NCBI GenBank assembly: GCA_016870195.1
Contig: VGCC01000002.1
Location: 575 to 64,574 of the forward strand
From: Actinomycetota bacterium
GTDB taxonomy: Bacteria; Actinomycetota; Actinomycetes; S36-B12
DNA length: 64,000 bases
Direction of reading: 5' to 3'
The position numbers and the translations under genes are program-made. This document shows, piece by piece, positions 44,867 through 53,984 of the stretch (position 1 is the stretch's first letter; each line of letters opens with the position of its first letter). The notes below the pieces were generated by a model, which saw only the letters and a program-made list of their open reading frames with translations, made no database searches and was not told the origin of the DNA.

Positions 44867-46350
44867 GAGTTTGCCTCCCAGATGGACTTGTGCTCGAGGT
44901 ACGCGTCAAGGGCAAGATGACTCCATTCACGATGGGAGCTCCCGCTGAGTTTCACTCCACCGAATGGCATTGCAGGGTTAAAGACCCCGTAATCGTTGAT
45001 CCAGACGACTCCGGCTTCCAATCGACCCGCTATCTCTCGTGCCCTGCCCGAGTCACGGCTCCACACCCCGGCACTGAGACCGAATTGAGAGTCGTTCGCC
45101 CACGCAACGGCCTGGTCGAGGTCGACCACTCGCTGGATCACGAGGACTGGACCGAATACCTCCTCGCGTGAGATAGGCGCGGTAGGGGGAACATCGACGA
45201 GCACGGTGGGTTGCATGAACGCACCGTCGGGCAAGCCGTCGACGACGGCTGCCTTGCCACCCGTGACGATTCGTGCCCCGTCGGCGACCGCTCGATCGAC
45301 CCAACCGATGAGTTCATCACGGTGGGAAATCGACGTGACGCACCCGAATTCGGTGCCGTCGTCGAGAGGATCACCGATCTTCATGTTCTGTGCGAAGGTA
45401 GCGACGCCGTCGACCATGTCGTCGAAAACCGCACTCTCGACGAGTAGGCGCGATCCCGCTGCACAGATCTGACCCTGGCCGTAGAAGATGGCATTCGCCG
45501 ATCCGGGAATGGCCTTGTCCAGATCCGCATCGGCAAGGACGATATTGGGTGACTTTCCCCCCAGCTCGAGCATCACACGCTTGCTCTGTTGAGAGGCCAA
45601 TCTCCCGAGATGCAGGCCGGTCTCGGTACCCCCGGTGAAGGTGATGCCCGTCACCAAGGGGTGAACACATAGCACCTCTCCGACGCTTCGTCCGGGCCCG
45701 TTGATGACGTTGTAAACACCGCGCGGGAGATCCAATTCCTCCCAAAGACGGGCCAGGTAAAGCGCGGTGAGCGGCGTGGTCTGGCTTGGCTTGACGATGA
45801 CGCTATTGCCCGCCGCCAGTGCGGGGGCGACTTTGGACACCGTGAGCACTATGGGCACGTTCCACGGGACAACCGCCGCGACCACGCCGATGGGTTGGCT
45901 GACGACGTACGAATGATGACGCGGGCTCACGTCGATCACCTCTCCGCGGATATTCCGTGCGCTGGCCGCGTAGAAGCGGATGCCATCGAGGGCTCGAGCA
46001 ACGTCACCGCGCGACTCACGGATCGGCTTGCCTGTTTGCAGGGTCTCTAGTTCAGCCAGGATTTCGCTGTCCCGCTCCACCAGGTCGGCTAAGCGTGCGA
46101 GATCCCTGGAGCGCTGATCGGGACGAGCGCGTGACCAAGCACCTCGGTCGAAGGCGGCGCGCGCGGCCCTCGCAGCGCGATCGACCTCCGCCTGATCCGC
46201 AACTGCCACTGCGCACACCGGTTGTGCATGTGCAGGATCGATGACGGCGATTGGTGTGTCGGTTCCCTGATTCCACTGCCCATCGACGAAGTAGGGGACC
46301 GGTTCGCCCGCGCAGAAATCTGCGACAGCTCCGATGCGCGCTCGATTCAT
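44863..46350 (-). CDS. Aldehyde dehydrogenase
   Basis: PWNVP, FTGGT, LELGGKSP, GQICAAGSR, EEVFGPV, PFGGVK; ATG 46350 with GGAGG upstream. Confidence 0.92.
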   Translation of the reverse strand: MNRARIGAVADFCAGEPVPYFVDGQWNQGTDTPIAVIDPAHAQPVCAVAVADQAEVDRAARAARAAFDRGAWSRARPDQRSRDLARLADLVERDSEILAELETLQTGKPIRESRGDVARALDGIRFYAASARNIRGEVIDVSPRHHSYVVSQPIGVVAAVVPWNVPIVLTVSKVAPALAAGNSVIVKPSQTTPLTALYLARLWEELDLPRGVYNVINGPGRSVGEVLCVHPLVTGITFTGGTETGLHLGRLASQQSKRVMLELGGKSPNIVLADADLDKAIPGSANAIFYGQGQICAAGSRLLVESAVFDDMVDGVATFAQNMKIGDPLDDGTEFGCVTSISHRDELIGWVDRAVADGARIVTGGKAAVVDGLPDGAFMQPTVLVDVPPTAPISREEVFGPVLVIQRVVDLDQAVAWANDSQFGLSAGVWSRDSGRAREIAGRLEAGVVWINDYGVFNPAMPFGGVKLSGSSHREWSHLALDAYLEHKSIWEANS

Positions 46351-46566
46351 GCTCAAACCTCCAGGGTTGTGCACATCTCGACGTTCAAGTGATCATCTCG
46401 CACCTAAACATATTTTCACAAGAAAAAATGTCATTTTGCATAGGGTCTTGTTCGACTCTGTCTATAGTCGCACCATGTCATCTACCCAATCGATGTTGAT
46501 GGACGACGAACGCCAATTGCGTTGAACATTTTTTTGCGTCCCGTTGCTGGGTGAAAGGGGTCAGAA

Positions 46567-47616
46567 GTGCTGCGTGATAACCGAGCAGTGATTGATATTC
46601 ACTCGCATTTCTATCCGCGGTGGTATCTCGATCTACTTGAGGCCAGACCATCCATCCCGCGCGTATCGCGCGCCGGTGGGGTCGAGAGGTTTGTTATATT
46701 CCCGGAGGAGGAAGCACCTGGTCACGCAGGTCGAGTAATTTCCGAGGACTACTGGTCCCTGGAAGCAAAGATTGATTACATGGATCGCTTCGGGATCGAT
46801 CAAACGATTCTGTCCCTGGGTAATCCGTGGTTGGACCCTTTCTCCGAAGCAGAGGGTCTAGACGTGGCGCGGCAATTCAACGAGGACTTCGCGACGCTGC
46901 AATCAGACACGAACAACCGAGTCCTTGGCATGGGTGCGCTGCCGGGTCTGGGCGTCTCTAATGTGGTCCAGATCGTCGCGGAGATCGCAGCCACAGGAAA
47001 TCTGTTTGGCGCGATCACCGGGACGCGAATAGCCGGCCTGCGTTTCGATGATGTGCGACTCAACCCCGTGTGGGAAGCGCTCCAGGAGACCGGCCTGCCC
47101 CTGTTGATCCATCCGCACTACGGCATTGCCTTAGACGAATTAGAGGGCTTCGGACATGCGATGCCGGTGGCCGTCGGCTTCCCCCTCGAAACCACGGTCG
47201 CGCTAGCCAGACTCCTCTACTCGGGTGTCCTGCATCGGTACCCTGGCGTTCGACTGATCGGTTCGCATGGTGGGGGTACCATCCCGTTCCTAGGCGGTCG
47301 TCTGGATGCGGGATGGCGATCCGACCCAGGCTTGGTGGAGCGAATGCCGACACCTCCGGGAGAGGTGATCGATCGACTGTTCCTCGATGCGGTGCTCTAT
47401 CATCCGCGAGCATTGCGAGCAGCGGCGGATCTGGTGGGTGTTGATCACCTGATGTTCGGTACCGATCACCCGTTCTCGATAGCCGATCCCGAAGCGAATA
47501 TCCTTGCAATCCGAGACGAGTTCTCAGCAGGGGATGCATTGAGGGTATTGGCCGAATCGGCGATCGCTTTGTACGGAGGCGCGGATCAAGGCGTGACTCG
47601 CCTTCTCGTTGACTAA
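46567..47616 (+). CDS. Amidohydrolase_2 decarboxylase, uracil-5-carboxylate (isoorotate) decarboxylase-like
   Basis: IDIHSHFYP, AGR, LSLGNPW, IHPHYG, GFPLETTVALAR, SHGGGTIPFLGGR, LDAVLY and FGTDHPF match the fungal IDCase motif series as recalled, more closely than generic ACMSD. Confidence 0.75.
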   Translation: MLRDNRAVIDIHSHFYPRWYLDLLEARPSIPRVSRAGGVERFVIFPEEEAPGHAGRVISEDYWSLEAKIDYMDRFGIDQTILSLGNPWLDPFSEAEGLDVARQFNEDFATLQSDTNNRVLGMGALPGLGVSNVVQIVAEIAATGNLFGAITGTRIAGLRFDDVRLNPVWEALQETGLPLLIHPHYGIALDELEGFGHAMPVAVGFPLETTVALARLLYSGVLHRYPGVRLIGSHGGGTIPFLGGRLDAGWRSDPGLVERMPTPPGEVIDRLFLDAVLYHPRALRAAADLVGVDHLMFGTDHPFSIADPEANILAIRDEFSAGDALRVLAESAIALYGGADQGVTRLLVD

Positions 47617-47792
47617 TTTGTAGTGGACATTTTACGCGTACGTAATCGAACAATTCGATAAATTGGCTTGACAGGGACTAACATTCGGTGTGCCATGTAG
47701 GCAGCACGCGGTGACGCACACACGTGCGCTCGGATATGCGTGAAGACCGTCATCGCGGCATCACAGGGATGTCATCAATGGAAGGGGAGCGA

Positions 47793-48938
47793 GTGAGGAC
47801 ATACACACCGAAGGCCCGGAGATTCGCGCGAGCCCTCGTCGCCGTCGGAATTGCTGGAAGCATGATGCTTGTCGCCGCATGCGGTGGCTCGTCGGATTCT
47901 AGCGATTCTGGTGCAATGGAGGACGATTCTGGTGCAATGGAGGAAACGAGCGAAGGTGGCGCGGCAGCGGAAGAGGCTCCGGCGGAACTAACGAAGGTCA
48001 AGTACGTCCAGCCCTGGGTCATCCAGGGAGAGTCGGCCGGCCAATTTGCGGCGGTGGTCCAGGGCTTCTTCGCAGAAGAGGGCCTCGACGTTGAGATCAT
48101 TCCCGGTGGACCGGATGTGCGTGCCGGCGCTCTGTTGGCGTCCGGTTCGGCTGATTTTGCCGTGATGAATCCATCCGGTGTTTTCACCAACCGGCAGGAG
48201 GGAATCCCCATCGTCGGGGTTGGCGGAATCAACCAGGCCGACGGCCTGCTCATCATGTGTAAGACGTCCACGGGTATCACTGGATTCAAAGATCTTGCTG
48301 GTAAGAAGATAGGGGTCTGGGTCGGTGGTGGTGAATCCGGTATCCAGGCAGCGACCGTGAAGGCGGGCGTTGCCGTGGATGCAGTCGAGTGGCTGCCGCA
48401 GAAGTTCTCCATGGAGGAGTTCTTCAACGATGCATTCGACTGCGCGAGCGCTACCGAATGGAACGAGAAGCACGTGGTCTACAAAGAGGGCTACGAAGCC
48501 GGAAAGGACGTGGTCGAACTTCGTCCCAGCGACGACGGGCTCTTCCTCCCGGGCGACTCGATCGTGGCGTTGGAGAGCACCGTCGCGGAGCGTCCGGAGA
48601 TTGTCCAGGGCCTGGTCACGGGAACCTTGCGCGGTTGGCAGTGGGTGTGCTCAAGTGAGGAGAATCGGAAGGCTGGTGCGCAGTACACGGTCGACGCGGC
48701 TCCCGACCTCGATCTAGACCTGCAGATCATCCAGGTTAATGAGATGTGCAACCTCATGTCCCTCGGGCCGGCCGCTGAAGCGGGTCAGATCGGTGACATG
48801 GTGCAGTCGAGCTGGCAGCAGTCAGCTGATGCAACGCTGGCGATCGGACTGTTGGAGGGTCCGCCGGACGTTCCCGCTGCGTTCACCGATCAGTTCGTGG
48901 CCAACGTCCCGGCTGATTACCGCAAGATCACCTGGTAG
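47793..48938 (+). CDS. ABC substrate-binding lipoprotein, NMT1/THI5 family
   Basis: Lipobox LVAAC; PWVIQGE, GFFAEEGLDVEIIPGGP, DLAGKKIGVW; GTG 47793 with AAGGGGA upstream. Confidence 0.88.
   Translation: MRTYTPKARRFARALVAVGIAGSMMLVAACGGSSDSSDSGAMEDDSGAMEETSEGGAAAEEAPAELTKVKYVQPWVIQGESAGQFAAVVQGFFAEEGLDVEIIPGGPDVRAGALLASGSADFAVMNPSGVFTNRQEGIPIVGVGGINQADGLLIMCKTSTGITGFKDLAGKKIGVWVGGGESGIQAATVKAGVAVDAVEWLPQKFSMEEFFNDAFDCASATEWNEKHVVYKEGYEAGKDVVELRPSDDGLFLPGDSIVALESTVAERPEIVQGLVTGTLRGWQWVCSSEENRKAGAQYTVDAAPDLDLDLQIIQVNEMCNLMSLGPAAEAGQIGDMVQSSWQQSADATLAIGLLEGPPDVPAAFTDQFVANVPADYRKITW
47903..47944 (+). repeat. Perfect 21-nt tandem duplication in the SBP linker
   Basis: CGATTCTGGTGCAATGGAGGA x2, encoding DSGAMED/DSGAMEE. 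Confidence 0.9.
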
Positions 48939-48948
48939 TGAGTTGTTG

Positions 48949-48978
48949 TGCCGGCGGGGACTCGGTTCCCCGCCGGCA
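48949..48978 (+). other. Intercistronic stem-loop after the SBP gene
   Basis: Perfect 12-bp stem TGCCGGCGGGGA/TCCCCGCCGGCA with a 6-nt loop and no U tract; typical mRNA-stabilising or attenuating element in ABC operons. Confidence 0.75.
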
Positions 48979-49035
48979 GGCTGTACCGAGTGAGGGCTTC
49001 GAAGGTCGTGAAGCTGAGGGAGTAGTCAGTGGAGG

Positions 49036-49836
49036 ATGGAATCTGTGAATGTGGCGGTAGAAGTTCGAAAACTTGAGATCACTTTCGGCTCTGCTGCCGG
49101 ACCGTTGACGGTCCTTGATGACTTTGATCTGACGGTCAAGCGAAACGAATTCGTGTCTCTGATTGGTCCCTCGGGTTGCGGCAAGACCACGGTGCTGCGC
49201 TGCATCGCGGACCTGTTGGAGCCCACCTCCGGGCAGTTGCTGGTCAACGACTTGGACCCGAAGGCGGCTGTCAAGCAGCGCCAAATTGGCTACGTTTTTC
49301 AATCCGCCACGTTGCTTGAGTGGCGCAACGTCCTGAAGAACGTCCTTCTGCCTCTGGAGTTGGCCGGTGTCCGGCGAAAGGTCGCCATCCCACGCGCGCA
49401 AGCCATGATCGAGCGGGTAGGCCTGACTGGCTTCATGAAGCACTATCCGAGGCAACTGTCGGGCGGTATGCAACAGCGTGTCGCCATAGCTCGGGCAATG
49501 GTCATGGAGCCCGACATCATTCTCATGGATGAGCCGTTCGCCGCGCTAGACGAGATCACACGCGACGACATGAATCAGTGGCTTACTGAGGTGTTCATGT
49601 CCACAGAAAGCACCGTGCTATTCGTGACCCACAATATCCGTGAGGCCATCCAACTGTCCGACCGCGTGGCTGTGATGGCGGCGCGACCAGGGCGGATCGT
49701 GGAGGAGTACACAGTCCCATTCCCCAGACCACGGACGGCAGAACAACTGTTCTCAGAGGAGTTTAATGTTCTGCGCCAGCAGGCGGAGCAGGCGCTCTAC
49801 CAGGCTGCGCACGCGATGCGAAAGGCGGCGTCATGA
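49036..49836 (+). CDS. ABC ATP-binding protein (NitT/TauT family)
   Basis: GPSGCGKTT, LSGGMQQRV, MDEPFAALD, VTH. Confidence 0.95.
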   Translation: MESVNVAVEVRKLEITFGSAAGPLTVLDDFDLTVKRNEFVSLIGPSGCGKTTVLRCIADLLEPTSGQLLVNDLDPKAAVKQRQIGYVFQSATLLEWRNVLKNVLLPLELAGVRRKVAIPRAQAMIERVGLTGFMKHYPRQLSGGMQQRVAIARAMVMEPDIILMDEPFAALDEITRDDMNQWLTEVFMSTESTVLFVTHNIREAIQLSDRVAVMAARPGRIVEEYTVPFPRPRTAEQLFSEEFNVLRQQAEQALYQAAHAMRKAAS

Positions 49837-50651
49837 CGACGACGGTAGTGGGCGAGCGGGGTGCGCTAAGCGCGAAAATATCCAAGGCGCGAAAGTTTTT
49901 CCACTCTGTGTGGCCGGCGATCATCATCGCGATTATCGTCATTGCTTTGTGGTACGTGGCGTCGAATGTCTGGGGCCTGCCGAAATACATACTCCCGTCT
50001 CCCGACTTGATTCTGCAGGAGGCGATCGACAATCCAAACTCGCTCATCCGCAACGGATGGGTAACCTTCGTCGAAGCGGCGGCCGGATTCTCGATCGGCG
50101 TCGTCGCAGCCGTCTTCGTTGCCCTTGTTTTGGACTCATGGCGATTCCTTGAGAAGGGCACGTCGCCATACCTGGTTATCGGCTTGAACATCCCGATCGT
50201 CGCCATCGCTCCAGCGGTAATCATCTGGTTCGGCTTTGGTATGGCATCGAAGGTCGTGGTGGCGGCGGTTCTCACCTTCTTCCCCGTCGCCATCTACACC
50301 CTAAAGGGACTCAAGGCAGCCGATAGACGTGAGGTCGATCTGTTCAGGGTGTTGAGCGCCTCACGTTTTCAGGAGCTGATCAAGCTACGGATGCCGTCAT
50401 CCCTACCATTTTTCTTTGCGGCCTTGCGTGTGGCATCGGCTGCCTCCGTGCTGGCCGCCGTCGTCGCCGAGTTCATCCAGGCGAATGCTGGGATTGGATA
50501 CCTGATCTTGACTGCGGCCTACACCAACGACACCCCCCGCATCTGGGCGGCCGTAGCCGTGTCCGCGGGCATCGCACTCGTCTTTTACGGGATCGTCACC
50601 TTGGTCGAGCGTAGGGTCATCCCCTGGCACTCATCGGTAGGTGACCGATGA
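49833..50651 (+). CDS. ABC permease (NitT/TauT family)
   Basis: ILPSP, IPIVAIAP..IIWFGFG, AVVAEF...NAGIG; ATGA overlap. Confidence 0.93.
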   Translation: MTTTVVGERGALSAKISKARKFFHSVWPAIIIAIIVIALWYVASNVWGLPKYILPSPDLILQEAIDNPNSLIRNGWVTFVEAAAGFSIGVVAAVFVALVLDSWRFLEKGTSPYLVIGLNIPIVAIAPAVIIWFGFGMASKVVVAAVLTFFPVAIYTLKGLKAADRREVDLFRVLSASRFQELIKLRMPSSLPFFFAALRVASAASVLAAVVAEFIQANAGIGYLILTAAYTNDTPRIWAAVAVSAGIALVFYGIVTLVERRVIPWHSSVGDR

Positions 50652-51379
50652 CGAAGGGCAGCGTCATGGGTGAGACCGGAACGAAAACCGAGGGTATGGT
50701 GTTTGTGCCCGCCGGCGAATTCATCATGGGAGACGATCGCGTAGCGCGAGAAACGCCACGAAGGATCGAGTCGACTGATGCGTTCTGGATCGACCGCTTC
50801 CTCGTTACGAACGAGCAGTACCTGGCCTTCGCCGAAGCCACCGGCGCGGCGCACCCGGCTCATTGGCAAGGCGGCCTATTTCCGGCCGGACACGAGCGTC
50901 ACCCGGCCGAAGTGAGTTGGACGATGGCCGATGCCTACGCACGGCACGTGGGTAAGCGTCTGCCGACCGAAGCCGAGTGGGAGAAGGCGGCTCGCGGGAC
51001 TGACGGTCGTCTCTTCCCATGGGGTGACGAATTCGACTCAGATAGGTGTTTGACCTGGGAGACGGCCTCGGTGACGGGTGCTCATTCCGAACCCGTTGAC
51101 GTTCGCCCCTCCGGTGCCAGCCCTTATGGATGCGAGCAGATGGTTGGACTGTGCGAGGAGTGGATCGCGGACGAGTACGCCGGCTACCCGGGTTCGACCC
51201 ATACAAGTGTGGGTTACGGAGCGGGGATGTACGTACTCCGCGGAGGCTCCTGGATCTTCCCGGTGACTCACGTTCGCTGCTCCTATCGATGCTTCGAGGA
51301 GCCCGACCTCGACACCAGCGGCTACGCACAGTTGGGTGGGCCCGGTTTCCGGTGTGTCATTTCGGAGAAAGCGCTATGA
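50648..51379 (+). CDS. FGE/SUMF1-fold protein 1 (non-canonical)
   Basis: PAGEFIMG, VTNEQY, RLPTEAEWEKAARG, FPWG, RGGSW, GFRC; no FGE Cys pair and no signal peptide. Confidence 0.88.
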   Translation: MTKGSVMGETGTKTEGMVFVPAGEFIMGDDRVARETPRRIESTDAFWIDRFLVTNEQYLAFAEATGAAHPAHWQGGLFPAGHERHPAEVSWTMADAYARHVGKRLPTEAEWEKAARGTDGRLFPWGDEFDSDRCLTWETASVTGAHSEPVDVRPSGASPYGCEQMVGLCEEWIADEYAGYPGSTHTSVGYGAGMYVLRGGSWIFPVTHVRCSYRCFEEPDLDTSGYAQLGGPGFRCVISEKAL

Positions 51380-52065
51380 ACGGTCGTCAGGATTCGATGA
51401 TCTGGATCGAAGAGGGTCCCTTCACGATGGGCAGCGACTTATACGAGATCGAGGGCCCGGTGCGGCAGGTATTCGTTCTGGGATTCTGGATCGACCGCCT
51501 TCCCGTTACCCATGCGGAGTTCTTCGCGTACGTGCAGGACACGGGCGCACCCATGGTTCCGGACTGGCCAGCGGACGGGCCGGGCGCCGACATCGCGAAT
51601 TATCCCGTGGAGCGAGTCTCCTGGCAGGAGGCTCGAGATTACGCAGCCTGGTGCGGCAAGCGGCTCCCGACGGAAGTGGAGTGGGAGAAGGCGGCACGTG
51701 GGACCGATGGCCGCGAGTGGCCCTGGGGAGACGAACTGATTGAGGAACACATGAACGTGTGGGATTCGGCGAAGCCGACGAACGTGATGACTATCGCCAA
51801 CGGAAGCCGACTAGGAAACGTGAGCCCTTACGGGGTGATCGATATGTCGGGCAACGTGGAAGAGTGGGTTGAGGATCTCTTCTTGCCTTACGAAGGCGGC
51901 ACGTCCAATTTCCCTTCAACGCAAGGCAACTGTCGAGTGCTCCGTGGAGGTTCGTGGTTCTACACCAACGAGATGGCACGCTGCAGTTTCCGCCGAGGTG
52001 CTCTGCCCACCTTCTCCGGGTACGAACGAGCAGGAGGACCGGGTTTCCGCTGTGCTCAGTCATGA
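51376..52065 (+). CDS. FGE/SUMF1-fold protein 2 (non-canonical)
   Basis: GPFTMGS, RLPTEVEWEKAARG, WPWG, DMSGNVEEW, RGGSW, GFRC; start ATG 51376 (ATGA overlap). Confidence 0.88.
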   Translation: MNGRQDSMIWIEEGPFTMGSDLYEIEGPVRQVFVLGFWIDRLPVTHAEFFAYVQDTGAPMVPDWPADGPGADIANYPVERVSWQEARDYAAWCGKRLPTEVEWEKAARGTDGREWPWGDELIEEHMNVWDSAKPTNVMTIANGSRLGNVSPYGVIDMSGNVEEWVEDLFLPYEGGTSNFPSTQGNCRVLRGGSWFYTNEMARCSFRRGALPTFSGYERAGGPGFRCAQS

Positions 52066-52513
52066 GGAGCGCTATCGAACGGCGTTCGATCAAGCGATGC
52101 AGGGTCTCGCTGAAGGTGGAATCCCCATTGGGGGTGCGCTGTACCTCGGTGACGAACTCGTGGCCACTGGTCGGAACCGGCGAGTGCAAGAGTCGAGTCC
52201 CATCATCCACGGTGAGATTGACGTACTCCGAAACGCGGGTCGGCCGCAGCCATCGTGGTACGGCCAACTCACGTTGTACACGACTCTGTCGCCGTGCTAC
52301 ATGTGCGCCGGTGCTTCGAGTATCTACGGGATCACCACCCTGGTGATCGGGGAGAACCGCAACTTCAGGGAGAGCGAGGATCTCCTCAAGAGCAGGGGCG
52401 TCGAACTCATCGTCATGGACGACCCCGAGACCCTGGAGATGTTCGGCAGCTGGACGGTGGCCAATCAAGATCTCTGGTTCGAAGACATCCCCGACCCTAG
52501 GAGGAAGACATGA
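52052..52513 (+). CDS. Zn-dependent cytosine deaminase, FCY1-like
   Basis: EGGIPIGG, HGE, LYTTLSPCYMC, IGENRNF and WFEDI follow the yeast-type cytosine deaminase pattern; start GTG 52052 (153 aa). Confidence 0.85.
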   Translation: MLSHEERYRTAFDQAMQGLAEGGIPIGGALYLGDELVATGRNRRVQESSPIIHGEIDVLRNAGRPQPSWYGQLTLYTTLSPCYMCAGASSIYGITTLVIGENRNFRESEDLLKSRGVELIVMDDPETLEMFGSWTVANQDLWFEDIPDPRRKT

Positions 52514-53199
52514 CGTTCACCCAGGATCTACTCGCCAAGGCAGACCCGTATCTCAAGGTTCAAATGGGGACGCCCTTCGTTCAGGAGATGATCGCAGGCA
52601 CGCTTGCACCCGAACGGTTGCAGTATTGGGTGCGCGTCGACTACCCATATTTGATCAACTTCTCACGGATCCTCGCCTTGGGCGTTCTTCGGGCCCCGAA
52701 CCTCGACGCGATGCGCATCGTACAGCGCTACCTAAACTACATTGTGGACGAGGAAATGGCGTCGCATGAGCGCTTCGCCGCCGCTCAGGGGATCTCCCTG
52801 AGCGAACTCGAGACTCAGCAGATGGGGCCGACGAAGTATGCCTACGCCCAACACGAGTTCGCCAGTGCTAACCGCGGTGAACTCCCCGAAATTTTAACGG
52901 CGATCACACCGTGCCTGGTCGGATGGCAGATCCTGTCGAAGCGAATCTTGAAGGACCACGCCATCGCCGCGGATAACCCCTACAAGTGGTGGTTCGACAC
53001 GTATGGCAGCGATGCTGGCCTGGACAGCCACGTCGAGGCACTGCTCGGATTGATCGATTTGATGGCGGCTGAGGTGAGTCAAGCGCGGCGAGCGCGGCTG
53101 ACGGAAATATTCCTGACCAGTGAGTACTACGAAACTGTCGCTTGGTCGGCCTACCACTCCATGGAGGAGTGGACTATGCCGGATGGGTCGCTGAGTTGA
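52510..53199 (+). CDS. TenA (thiaminase II/aminopyrimidine aminohydrolase) family protein
   Basis: PFVQEMIAGTL, VDYPYL, TPC (catalytic Cys), NPYKWWFDTY, SEYYE..AW. Confidence 0.85.
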   Translation: MTFTQDLLAKADPYLKVQMGTPFVQEMIAGTLAPERLQYWVRVDYPYLINFSRILALGVLRAPNLDAMRIVQRYLNYIVDEEMASHERFAAAQGISLSELETQQMGPTKYAYAQHEFASANRGELPEILTAITPCLVGWQILSKRILKDHAIAADNPYKWWFDTYGSDAGLDSHVEALLGLIDLMAAEVSQARRARLTEIFLTSEYYETVAWSAYHSMEEWTMPDGSLS

Positions 53200-53984
53200 T
53201 GACCCAGCGGTCAAGTGTGCGCGGGCGGGTATGCCTCGTAACCGGTGCAGCGCGTGGAATCGGAGCAGCGACGGCTCGCGTGCTGGCGAGCGGTGGCGCA
53301 AAGGTCGTTGTGGCGGACATCTCTGTGTCGGGCGAGCAAGTTGCTCGCGACATCGCGACCGATGGAGGACAGGCGATCTTCGTTGGAGGTGACGTGAGTA
53401 GCGATGATGGTGCTCAGGCGGTGGTGGCGGCCGCACTCGCCGAGTACGGGCAACTGGACTCGTTGATCAACAACGCGGGAATCCTCCGCCTTGCCGATTC
53501 ATTCGAGCACACGACCGACGCACAGTTGAGCGACATGATGCGCATCAACTTCGAGTCGGTGTTTCGCCTATCTCGCGCTGCACTGCCTGCCTTGGAGACC
53601 AGTGGACATGGATCGATCGTCAACACCGCATCCATGGTCGGCCACCGGATAGGTATGCCGTCGCATGCCGTGTACGGCGCGTCCAAGGCCGCGGTGGTGG
53701 GCTTGTCCATGACCTTGGCCTTGGAGTTGGCCCCGAGAGGTGTCCGGGTCAATTGCGTGGCCCCGGGAGTCGTAGCCACGGACCTGTACGTTGAGGAGTT
53801 CTTGAAGGAGCACTCCCGCGAGGACCTCGAGTCCGGCAGTGCGAGCACACTCGCAGCGATACCGATAGGCAAGTATGCGACTCCTGAGCAAATCGCCGAA
53901 GTGATCACGTTCCTCGCTGGCGACGCCTCTGACTACATCACCGGCCAGACAGTGGTCGTCGATGGTGGATTCACGGGAATCTGA
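53199..53984 (+). CDS. SDR family oxidoreductase
   Basis: TGAARGIG, NNAG, YGASK; start ATG 53199 (TGATG overlap). Confidence 0.92.
   Translation: MTQRSSVRGRVCLVTGAARGIGAATARVLASGGAKVVVADISVSGEQVARDIATDGGQAIFVGGDVSSDDGAQAVVAAALAEYGQLDSLINNAGILRLADSFEHTTDAQLSDMMRINFESVFRLSRAALPALETSGHGSIVNTASMVGHRIGMPSHAVYGASKAAVVGLSMTLALELAPRGVRVNCVAPGVVATDLYVEEFLKEHSREDLESGSASTLAAIPIGKYATPEQIAEVITFLAGDASDYITGQTVVVDGGFTGI

Noticed and set aside
47668-47696. TTGACA-17-TGCCAT promoter for the ABC operon
   Set aside because: Perfect -35 but a poor -10; not supportable without TSS data.
47617-47792. TPP riboswitch ahead of the THI5-like ABC/TenA operon
   Set aside because: Conserved CTGAGA core and downstream elements not found by eye; GCTGAG near 49014 lacks the rest of the motif.
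50648-52065. Ergothioneine (EgtB) or sulfatase-maturation genes
   Set aside because: No DinB-like/HxxxH domain, no egtC/egtD, no CxxxxC site, no sulfatase.
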